From Octopus bimaculoides (Eukaryota): a DNA stretch of 64,000 bases. Where the stretch lies: contig NC_068990.1 in the NCBI RefSeq assembly GCF_001194135.2, positions 64,539,869 to 64,603,868 of the forward strand. The letters are read 5' to 3'. The notes below the pieces were generated by a model. The model saw nothing but the letters and a program-made list of their open reading frames with translations, searched no databases and was not told where the DNA came from. Below are positions 53,220-64,000 of this stretch, piece after piece (position 1 is the stretch's first letter; every line of letters begins with the position of its first letter). The translations under genes were made by a program, and so were the position numbers.

Positions 53220-53550
53220 GAAGGCACATAACTCAATGGTTAGAGCATCTGGCTCACAATCATGAGGTAGTGAGTTCACTTCCTGGACCAGGCTGTGTGT
53301 TGTATTCTTGAGCAAGTCGCTTTATTTTCATGTTACTCCAGTTGACTCAGCTGTAGAAATGAGTTGCAACATCACTGGTGCCAAACTGTATTGGTCTTTC
53401 CTTTTCCCTTGGGTAACATCAGTTGCTTGGAGAGGGGAGGCTGGTATGCAGGGTGACTGTTGGCCTTCCATAAACAATCTTACCCAGACTTGTGCCTTGG
53501 TGAGTAACTTTCTAGGTGCAATCTCATGAGCATTCATGATTAAAGTTGGT
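53220..53550 (+). mobile_element. tRNA-derived SINE (same family as 17516-17835)
   Basis: Collinear similarity: tggttagagcatc.ggctcacaatcatgaggtagtgagttc...tttctaggtgcaatc. Confidence 0.75.
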
Positions 53551-56500
53551 CTTTACTCTTTTGCCCAATTCAAAACAATTTGAATAAAAAAGCATTCCAT
53601 TTGACAGTAATCTGAATGCTAATGGGTGTATTCAGCATAAATGTATATGGCTGTTTTCTTGCATGTTCTTGTAATTTTAAGACTTTGGCATTCATCTGTC
53701 TTGATTGACAGTGGAGTTTGTGCAACTGGCCAGACACTGAAATGAACTCTCCAGAGTTCAAGCCTGAGATGGTGTTAGGGAGACACTAGGTAGTCTGGTG
53801 TCAGAATGTCCCTCCTAGCTTCACTGATGTTGCCCAAAGGATTGCAGGCCTAGGTTTGGCTTAGGAGTTGCTGGAATAGTATCAGGTTGAATGCTTTGAG
53901 GGTTCCATTTCAGATTTATTATAAGGTTTACTCCTTTGCCTTTTTTTCTTAAGGTAATGGGGTTATTTACTCAAAGCTGGGTATATATATATGTGTGTGT
54001 GTGTGTCATAAATTCCATAAGATTGTCAACCTTAGCAGCGAAATCAGTATTTTCCATGAAGTTAATTCTTATTTCTTTATTGCCCACAAGGGGCTAAACA
54101 TAGAGAGCACAGACAACGGGATTAAGTCGATTACATCGACCTCAGTGTGTAACTAGTACTTAATTTATCGACCCTGAAAAGATGAAAGGCAAAGTCGACC
54201 TCTGCGGAATTTGAACTCAGAACGTAACGGCAGACGAAATACTGCTAAGCATTTCGCCCAGCGTGCTTAACATTTCTGCCAGCTTGCTGCCTTATGAAGC
54301 TAATTCTGATGACATTTTCTTTTAACTTGGTCTTAGAATAACTTAAGAAATATGAAATTACTTTCAGGAAAGTTATTTTAGGGCTTTCTATGGAATTCTT
54401 TGACTGAGGCCCTTCTAAGCTTAAAAAAAAAAAAAAAGAATTTGAAATTAATGGCAGTGTATTAGGCAAAAGTTCAGAGTATCAGCGTTTGGTAGACATG
54501 AAGGAGCATACATCAATTTTTCAAAAACATTCTGAAGCATTTCCCCTTTATTCTCTACAGCTCTTTCTAATGAATCGGATGTGATTATATAACAGTAAAA
54601 CCACTTTCTCTAGGACTGGCATTTCTCAATGAAGGTTTATTTTAACTTATAAGATTGTAAAATTCATTTGTTCTTTTATTGAAAATTCTAGACATGAATC
54701 AAACAGAAAAACGTCTTTTCTTTTTTTTTTCACTTATATCTGTCAGTACATTTTTGGTGCAGTTGTGCAGTTTCAGAATAGTGACTACATAACAAAGTTA
54801 AAAGTGATTATGTAGTACCAACTCATTTGTCCATAGCTTTTGGCTTCTATAGAGTATATAAAATCAATCAAAGAATAATTTAGTGATGTTACTTTATTTT
54901 TACAAGAACAATTTGTTTTATCTTGGAAAACAACATAATCACAGGAAACATCAAATTTGTTTTGGTTCCTTGATGACATGTGCAAAAATGAATGATTAGG
55001 TAACACCACACTTTTCAAGTCATTTATTGAATAGGTGGTTACCCTAATTTGAGTTTTGAAATAGAAATCAAAGGAATTCTGATCAAGGAAACCAGGGCTG
55101 TTTGAAATTTTAAATAGTTTCAACCTAAGCAAGAAAAACCTAATAAGATTACCAAAGTATTACTTTAAAATGTGATTACATAATTTCAGAATTCATTCGT
55201 TTACATGTTTCAGTCATTTGAATGCAGCCATGCTGGAGCATCACCTTAACGATTTTTTTAGTCAAAGAAATTGACCCCGGGACTATTACTTAAGCCTAGT
55301 ACTTATTCTGTCAGTCTCTTTTGCTGAATCGCTAAATTGGTGAGACATAAACACACCAACATCGGTTGTCAAGCAATAGTGGGGGTTGACAAACACAGAC
55401 GCAAAGATACACATGCATAAATATATACATATATGTATATATATGACTGGCTTCTTTCAGTTTCCATCTACCAGATCTACTCAAGGCTTTGGTTGACCAA
55501 AGACTATAGTAGAAGACACTTGGCTATAGTAGAAGACAAGACTATAGTAGAAGACACTTGCCCAAGGTGCCACACAATGGCACTGAACCCAGAACCATGT
55601 GGTTGAGAAGCAAGCTTCTTTTATGTATAATTGATATATCCGTCCAGTTCTTGTATGATATGACGAAGCAAAATTCTAAAACTGCATACAGTGTTCTGTG
55701 TACTATAGGTTTAATACACATGATGTGTGAGATAGTCAGGTAATCTAGAAAAGGTTATTAAATTGGGATAAAAAGAAATTGATAAAATAGACTGTTAAAT
55801 AATTACCTAAAACTAAAAGTTTTGTCAGTGTTACAAGTTTGAAATCTATAAAAGTAGAGAACTACTTGTGTATTTCATCATAGTGGTGGAAGGCTGGATA
55901 TTGCTATTGAATTTGTATAAACCAGTATCTTTACATTAGAACTTTTCTCATTTCTTTTCTTTAAACTGGTATACAATATTTCAATGCTAGGATGAATATT
56001 TGCAGTGTTGCGGTTGAAGTTTGGCATTTGGAGGTTGATCTTTAAGAAAGCTGTGTTAGTTGTCAAAATTTTTTTCTTTGTTTTTACTAGCAAAAAAAAT
56101 AGTTAAGGATAAAAGCAAAGAAAAATATCTTCAGGGGCATAAATTATTGTTTCAGCCTCATCATTTCTCTGGGTCTAAAATTCTGAAGACTTTATGCTAA
56201 AAAAAAAAAGAAAAAAGTCATTGGTAGTGTTTAATTTTATTCTTTTCCAGTTATTTCATTACCTGCCAGTTTTTGCTCTTCAAACCAATTTACAATGCAT
56301 TTATTTGTTAATTATCTTTACAGCTGAAATCTCCCTATCTGAGTCATGGCTCAGTTTTACCATATGGGAGCAGCATCTGGTACTTATTACTTTACAGTTT
56401 GCCCCTAATCTTTTACTTTTTTAAGAAATTGTATTTGACAAAGGTAGTTAAAACTTTTTTCAATAGTTTCAATGTCTGCTTTCCTTATTTATGCCAGCTG

Positions 56501-57355
56501 ACAATCATAGACTTGACAGTTTGTGAGATGGATAACAAATAAATTGTTACTCTGTATCTTACAAAATTCTGTCAATTTTAAATGATACACTTTTTAATTA
56601 AATTGTTCGTTATTAACTTGACTGTGTGTTTACCTTTTTGAAGTTACATTCCTTCATCTTGGCAGTTATCTATTTTCAACAATACCATACACTACCATTT
56701 GGTGGTATACTCTGCTGAATTTACTCATAAAGTGCATTGGTGTGGGTACTGGTGCTATGTAAAAAGCAACCAGTCCACTCTGTGGTGTGGTTGGCGTTAG
56801 GAAGGGTACCCAGTCATAGAAACCGAGCCAAAACAGACTATCGAACCTGGTGCAGCTTCTGGCCTTGCCAGTTCCTGTCAAGCTGTTCAACCCACACTAG
56901 TATGGAAAACAGGCATTAGATATTGATGATGGTCATGGTGACAGTGATTGGTGTGTCTTTTGTCTGATTTTTATCTTTCTGGTGTAGAAAATAAAACATT
57001 TCTAGTATCAGTTCTATTAACCATTTTCCTATTTACCATATTTTTCAAATGACATGCTTATCAATGTTATGGTTTAGTTATTAATTATTATTCAAACACT
57101 CATCAGGTTTTGATTCCTTTACATTGATTCCTTTACATTGATTCCTTTACATTGTGTAAACAATTGGAATATTAGTTTGTTTATTTGTGTATTCATTTCT
57201 GCTGCAGCTATTTGGATATATCTTAGCTCTCTCAGTAGATACTGGGTGCCAAGATAAAGTAATATTAGATCAATTAACAGAAGTTACAGTCCATTACCAT
57301 TTAATCCCACCCCTCTCCATGCCAAAATTGCACTTAAATGTTTCTAGCATTGAAA

Positions 57356-57833
57356 TATTTACATTATTTACATTTGTCGGATATTTGTCCTCATCTTGTT
57401 TGTTGTTAACACAACGTTTCGGCTGATATACCCTCCAGCCTTCGTCAGGTGTCTTGGGGAAATTTCGAACCTGGGTTCTCATTCCTAACGATGTTACTAT
57501 TATTATATTATTATTATTATTATTATTATTACTATTATTAATCAGGTCGCTGTCGTGAATCGAACTCGGAACCTTGGGGTTAGTAGCCCGCGCTCTTAAC
57601 CACTACACCATATGCCCGTGGGCATATGGTTCCGAGTTCGATTCACGGCAGCGACCTGATTAATAATAGTAATAATAATAATATAATAATAGTAACATCG
57701 TTAGGAATGAGAACCCAGGTTCGAAATTTCCCCAAGACACCTGACGAAGGCTGGAGGGTATATCAGCCGAAACGTTGTGTTAACAACAAACAAGATGAGG
57801 ACAAATATCCGACAAATGTAAATAATGTAAATA
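57356..57833. mobile_element. Fold-back (inverted-duplicated) tRNA-SINE / Penelope-like tail element
   Basis: Arms 57356-57573 and 57628-57833 are near-perfect reverse complements. The minus strand carries a tRNA-like head. The direct repeat gcattgaaatatt flanks it at 57347-57359 and 57860-57872. Confidence 0.8.
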
Positions 57834-59197
57834 ATTCCTCATCTCTTAAATATAGAACTGCATTGAAATATTGTTTATTAGTTCAACCTTTTAGCATTTA
57901 AGCCAGCCATATCCAGCCCAAATACTCTACCTGTTCTATGTTCAAACTGGTCAGATCAAGCATCTCACACCTACCCTGCAATGTCATTCTAAAAATATGC
58001 AGTCATATTATTGAAATCTCAAAGCTACAAGATAATGCATGATTGATTCAAAATAATGTGAATAAATAGAATTACCCCTGACAGTAATCTGAATGTTAAA
58101 AAGTTAAAGAAAAGAAATGAGAAAAGTTTTAATGTAAAGATCCTGGTTTGTTCAAACTAAAAAATAATATCCAGCCTTGAGCCCCTGTTTTTGTGGCTGA
58201 AACACACCAAGTAGTTCTCTGCTTTCATAGATTTCAAACTTGTAACACTCCCAAAACTTTTAAAATCAGACATGACATATCAATTACCATCATCACATGA
58301 TTTCAATTCAGAAGAGTATGCCACCAAATAGTAGTGTATCTTATTGTTGAAAATAGATAACTGCAGGGATGAGGGAATGAAACAATGAAGGTAAGTTCAA
58401 ACATATAAGGAGTACCATTTATTATTACACCCTTTCCATAGGGACTTTTACAAATAGGTGAGCTGGGTTATGAAAGTTAAGTTTTGTTATCAAAGACATT
58501 GTACAGCACTGGTGAATATATAGTAACAAGAGACTCTTCAACCAAAAGTCTTGAACAATAATGTTTGAATGGCTAAAATGTCTGTTCTTAGCCAATTGGA
58601 TTTGCAGTCTTTGTAGTTATTGACTGCGAGAGGTGTAACTAAGCAAATTATTAATGTTCTAGATACTGGCTAAGTAAGTGTCTCCAATTTGGTCCCATTC
58701 ACTTGTGTTGAACTAAAATCTGCATGTGAACTAAACTAGCAGTAGACTGGTATAACATCTAGAGGGAGAGGCATATCTCACATGACTCAACATCATGAAA
58801 ACTGAATAAACTCAATCGCATACCTTACACCAACAATGGTGAACAAAAGGAATAGAAAAGTAAAATAAATTTTGATATGCAAGTCACAGTCGATATTGTT
58901 ACTGCTAGTTGATTCCCTCCTTCTGAAATGGTTGTGAGTTAGTGGCTTAAGCCTGTAAATATATATTGATTTGAAGCAATGTGAATTGGAGAGATACAGT
59001 TTATTCGGTAAGGAAGAATTAGGATGCCTGAAATATCACGGTTGCTCTGTAATAAGACTATGAGATGTAAATAGTTTGGAATCTGTGCCAGTAATTCATA
59101 TGCAGAAAATTACCCTCCACATTTTTATAGCTGAAAATGGGGTGGATGTAAAATAAATTTTTGCTTAAAATTAGAGTTTTATATTGTCCATTTTTGG

Positions 59198-59575
59198 ACT
59201 CTTTTACTCTTTTACTTGTTTCAGTCATTTGACTGCGGCCATGCTGGAGCACCGCCTTTAGTTGGGCAAATCGACCCCGGGACTTATTCTTTGTAAGCCT
59301 AGTCCTTATACTATCGGTCTCTTTTTGCCGAACCACTAAGTTACGGGGACGTAAACACACCAGCATCGGTTGTCAAGCGATGGTGGGGGGACAAACACAG
59401 ACACACAAACACACATACATATCTCTCTCTCTCTATATATATATATATACACATATATATGATGGGCTTCTTTCAGTTTCCTCTACCAAATCCACTCACA
59501 AGGCATTGGTCGGCCCGAGGCTATAGTAGAAGACACTTGCCCAAGGTGCCACGCAGTGGGACTGAACCCAGAACC
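59198..59575 (-). mobile_element. tRNA-derived SINE, low-divergence copy lacking the extreme 5' head
   Basis: Reverse complement of the 21915-22322 family. Confidence 0.85.
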
Positions 59576-61019
59576 CAGGACTGTTAATAAATTTTAAATG
59601 AAATAATGATAATGTTTGCTACTATCTACTAACCATTCACTTTTATTCTTTACTGTTTGGGGGTGTGTATATAAACCTCACCTCTCTATTTTCTTCACTG
59701 AAAAACTATTAAAAGAAAAAATTACTTTATACATTAGTACACAATGTCACTGTTTTAATTGACTTTCATCAGTGCCACTACTAGTACTGGGCAGTTAAAC
59801 AGAAAACACTATTAATCTTTTTTCCTTTCTCAGTTAACTAAACATTAGTTTACTTTGTAGGGTATTTTTTTCTATTCTTGAGATAAAATAAAGGAAATAT
59901 ATCACATGTATGTCTACACATTGTGTGTAAATGACCTACATGCTGTGTATATGTGCGTATTTAATGATTGGTGAATTGAAATATGTGTGGGTTTCAAGTT
60001 TGGGTAATCATCACATTCTGTAATTATGTAATTTTTGTTGGTCAAAACAATGCTGGTATGGGAAAACATTGAGAGTATTATTAGTAGGGACACATTACTG
60101 GTTGTTGCTTAATGTTTATGCTACAATAAAGTAAGTAATCATTTACTGAACAGAAGGTAGTATTTTATCTATAATAATAACTGCAGCATTGACTCTTAAC
60201 TGGAACCACTGCATTTATAAAACAAATGCATTTGAGAAAGGCATGAACGTGTCTATTTTATAAATTTCCTTTCCTAAATATCTAGGGAAAACCATGCCAA
60301 AGCTGACCTCATCCATGCTGGTTGTCATTAAAAAAGCACTCGGTCCACTCTGCAGGATGGTTGATGTTAGGAAGGGCATCTAGCTGTAAAAACCATGCCA
60401 AAGCAGACACAATAGTCTGGCGTAGTCTTCTACCAGGCCAGCTTCTGTCAAACCATCCAGCCCATGCCAGGATGGAAGGCAGACGTTAAACAGTGATGAA
60501 GATGACTTCTCTTGCTTACTTGTTGCCTAGGGCCACCCACTGAATCCATTGATGACCAAGCCTTCTTTGATTTGTGGATCTTTTGATGACTATATTTTGG
60601 TTATAGAACCTTGTTTGCCATCATCTCCATGTTGAAGTGTTCTTTATTTTCTTGTGGTAGTGCTGAGTGTGTTTCTCCTCTATATCTTCATTTTCCAAGT
60701 TATACCATTAAATTAACTGGTAGGTACCAATGCCTTCCAATTTTGTAGAACTGATGTTCTTCAAAGCAATCATTAGCTGGTCTTTAAAACCCTTTGGTTT
60801 ATCATTGACCATAATAAAGCTGACCATCAAAGATCCTACTGGGGTGTGCGGGGAGACTTCAGTCAGACATGTACACTAAATGTCCACACGATCTTAGTTG
60901 ATGATCCATTTGAATTCCAGAGAATAATTAATTAGTGCAATCACTAATACACTGATGCTCACTACTCTCTTTAGATCTGAGCTTGATGGTTACACACTCA
61001 TGCATGCACACACACATAC

Positions 61020-61069
<50 letters not shown>

Positions 61070-62028
61070 AAGCCAATAATAGACCTTCTACTTGGTCACT
61101 TGACAGAGGAGCCAAAATTTTCTGAAACTCATGCCCTTGAAAAAGGCATATCAGCGGTTATTGTTTGAAAAAAATAAGTAAAACAGGAGAGTCATAGCTG
61201 GAATGCTTTTGATTATAAAACTACTGCACCAAGACTGACCTGGGATTAAACAAAAACATGTTTATAATAGAAAATATCTTCTTTACATGACTTAACTATC
61301 AGCTATCAACTGTGGTGAAATTTTACTACCCTCAGTGATATGAATAGATATTGATTTCTTTTGAGTAGTCCCAAAGCTCCAGATTTAAGGCAAGCAGTAA
61401 ATCTGATCTGTGATGTGCACATTAAATTGAGTGGACATTGTCACAGCTTGAGATTGAAACAAGTAACAGCACTCCTCTATATGGAACCTTATGTCTTTTA
61501 TATCACCATACAAATGATTATCAAAAACTACTTAATGAAGGCTAAGAACTATAGGAATGTCATTTATGAAATTAACTCCAGTGAGTTTCTTCTACAGCAT
61601 AAAACAACTATATAAATGGTGTGAATATATTGGCATTTTCACTGACATTTTCAGTCTAAGGTAGCTATTCCTATTTCCTGTCTCTATGTAGCTGGGGGAA
61701 ATAGCTCCGTTATTTCTTAATCTGTTTAAAAATTAGCAAGTGATAGCCTATTTCTTATAAGCTGACATGAATCAATTCTGGAGGGTCTTCATGGAATATC
61801 ACAAGGCAGTGCAAAAAGAAATTCACATCATCCAGTGTTAAAGAGAGAAATGGTATGAATAGTTTGTACTGTATCACATCTATATATATCTGTCTACAGC
61901 AGATATTTTCCCTGACAAAATACTGTGAATTACTGGTTCAAATATGCTTCATGCATATTTGAGCTGGTAACAAGTTTGTATTTATACACATCACTGCTTA
62001 GCACTGTCACCCTGTATGTGTGTGTGTA

Positions 62029-62065
<37 letters not shown>

Positions 62066-62274
62066 NNNNNNNNNNNNNNNNNNNNNNNNNNNNNNNNNNN
62101 NNNNNNNNNNNNNNNNNNNNNNNNNNNNNNNNNNNNNNNNNNNNNNNNNNNNNNNNNNNNNNNNNNNNNNNNNNNNNNNNNNNNNNNNNNNNNNNNNNNN
62201 NNNNNNNNNNNNNNNNNNNNNNNNNNNNNNNNNNNNNNNNNNNNNNNTATATATATATATATATATAATATATA

Positions 62275-62305
<31 letters not shown>

Positions 62306-63627
62306 ATAGGACATTCATTGCAATTATTAATCTAAGCAATTAAAAAGGGGAGATTTACATCTAATCTTAAGCTTATAATTAATTACACCAGAAGTTGAAA
62401 TTTCAGATATAAATTTTTGTGTGTGAAAAACTTAGTGTACTAATTAGAGAGCTGAAGAAAGGTATCTTCAAAGACATCATGATCCCCACCTGATATGGCT
62501 ATGTTACGTGAATAGATAGTGCTTACTGGTTGAAGAATTTGAGTTCATATTGTTTAGAGTACATGAGACATAAGCATATCAAGGAATGTCAAAGAGTGTG
62601 GATCTTAGTTTAGATATTCCAGAACAGATGGCATGTAGACTAAGACAAATGTATTACAGACATCAGTGGGGAACATCACCCTTTAAGTCGGATATGTTTT
62701 CCCATTGATATTGATGTCTTCTTGTTGACTTTATCCATGTTCCTGATAGTTACACTCCATTCTCGTTTGCTCAGGTCATTCCTTATCAAGCAGACATATG
62801 GGTCAAAAGGTATTCCAGCCATTATTATCATGTCTTAATTTCAGATGCACTATATTTTCCTCAACATTTTCCCATACTAGTATGAGTTGTACAGTTTTTC
62901 TCAGCCATCATTTTATGGTTTGGGGATTCTTACAGTATGCTAGTAAGCCCATTCCAAAACTAGAATAAACATGGTAAATTTTAGACATAGTGTATTGAGG
63001 ATATTATCTTATGTGTCCACTATTTTATTTATTTATTCGTGTGTGTGTATGTTATTGATAGTATAACAGGTTAGGCAACTATGTATAGGTTCCCCTGGGG
63101 TTAGTGTCACTGCTATAATAAATATGGCTTGCACTGCTAACTAGTCCAAATATTTATCACCTTAGGCATTGGAATGCAAGCCATCTTCATATTTAATCTG
63201 CCCTGGCAGTAGGTGGTAGCTGTTTGAGCTATGTAGTCAAATGGAGGAACTAGTTAAGCTTTCAAGTAAAATAGCAGTGCAATGCAAATAAGCAATACAA
63301 AAACATGTATAAATGTATAGAAATGTTTGTCCCATGCTTCTATAAGGAGATAAATATAGTATAATATATATAACTTCTATGCACATTTTTAGTTCTGACT
63401 TTTAGAAATTGGTTTCATTGCTTCTTTCTCTCCCTCTTGTATCTTTTCTTTTCTCTGTAAAGACTACATGCACACGTGTTTGTGTTGTCACATAGGCAAA
63501 GTGGTGAATTTTGATCGACGACAATTGTCTAACCAATTAGGTAAAAACTGCCGCAGGTGATGCTTAAAATTTAAAAGCAAGAGAGATGACTCCAATCAGA
63601 TTAGTTGGTTGAACATTTTTTTACATA

Positions 63628-64000
63628 TCAGGTCATCCCATAAGTTCTGTCCGAATTATGAATAAAGAAAACAAGTGATCAAATGTTATATTTAATTGAA
63701 ATTTAATCATCAATGTACTTTGCCTGATTATCTATGACTTTCTTCGATCTATTTACAAGCTTTTCAATTCCATCAATGTAAAACTTTTTTGGTTTCGAAG
63801 CGAAGAACTCTGAAATGTTAGTTTCGACCTCTTCCTGGTTTGCGAAAGTTATGTCCCCAAATGATTCTGTAAACTACGAAGCAAATGGTAGTCTGAAGCA
63901 GCAAGGTCGGGAGAATAAGGTGGATGAGGAATTTTTTTCCAACCAAGTTCTTCAATCTTCTGTGATGTGATCTTTGCAGTGAGGGGTCGCGCATTGTCCT
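63628..64000 (-). mobile_element. Mariner transposon 3' part with frameshifted transposase, running off the window
   Basis: TA followed by TIR-like tcaggtcatcccataag at 63628. Minus-strand fragments DNARPLTAK, PHPPYSPDLAASDYHLLRSLQNHL and FYIDGIEKLVNR...KYIDD* (stop at about 63703). Confidence 0.9.

Noticed and set aside
57108-57155. Short direct repeats (14-bp x3 here; 34-bp x2 at about 40488-40553; triplicated gactatagtagaagac at about 55500) resembling CRISPR-like arrays
   Set aside because: These are simple tandem slippage duplications without unique spacers, in a eukaryotic intron.
57741-57790. Second hammerhead ribozyme
   Set aside because: CUGACGA, stem II and GAAAC are present, but no GUH/NUH or stem I partner follows; kept only as a degenerate half-motif.
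60735-60880. Open stretch after a ttttgtag acceptor-like site as a possible WDR47 exon
   Set aside because: The phase-1 translation ends in a stop and shows no similarity to WDR47 or WD40 repeats.

Overview
AT-rich, repeat-dense eukaryotic (animal) genomic DNA with assembly gaps. The SINE families, (TA)n tracts and TTAGGG motifs suggest a cephalopod such as Octopus, which is an inference. Two genes lie head-to-head. On the minus strand is EEFSEC (selenocysteine-specific elongation factor): six coding exons from 27224 down to 4146 join in frame with GT-AG junctions, and the last exon was not found in the window. On the plus strand is the first large coding exon of a WDR47-like gene (LisH/CTLH region, 28432-29980); its WD40 exons were not found. 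The most notable non-coding signals are: (1) two paralogous box C/D guide RNAs in EEFSEC intron 5 that share an identical 40-nt core with an antisense element matching the U4 snRNA 5' end and a co-varying internal hairpin (candidate scaRNAs); (2) a type I hammerhead ribozyme motif with all core nucleotides, in a ~240-bp island inside a (TA)n tract; (3) three MITEs with GG termini and exact 8-9-bp target-site duplications (Merlin-like), two with telomeric repeats near their centre; (4) a ~480-bp fold-back SINE/Penelope-like insertion. The rest is SINEs, RTE-like LINE remnants, mariner remnants and microsatellites.
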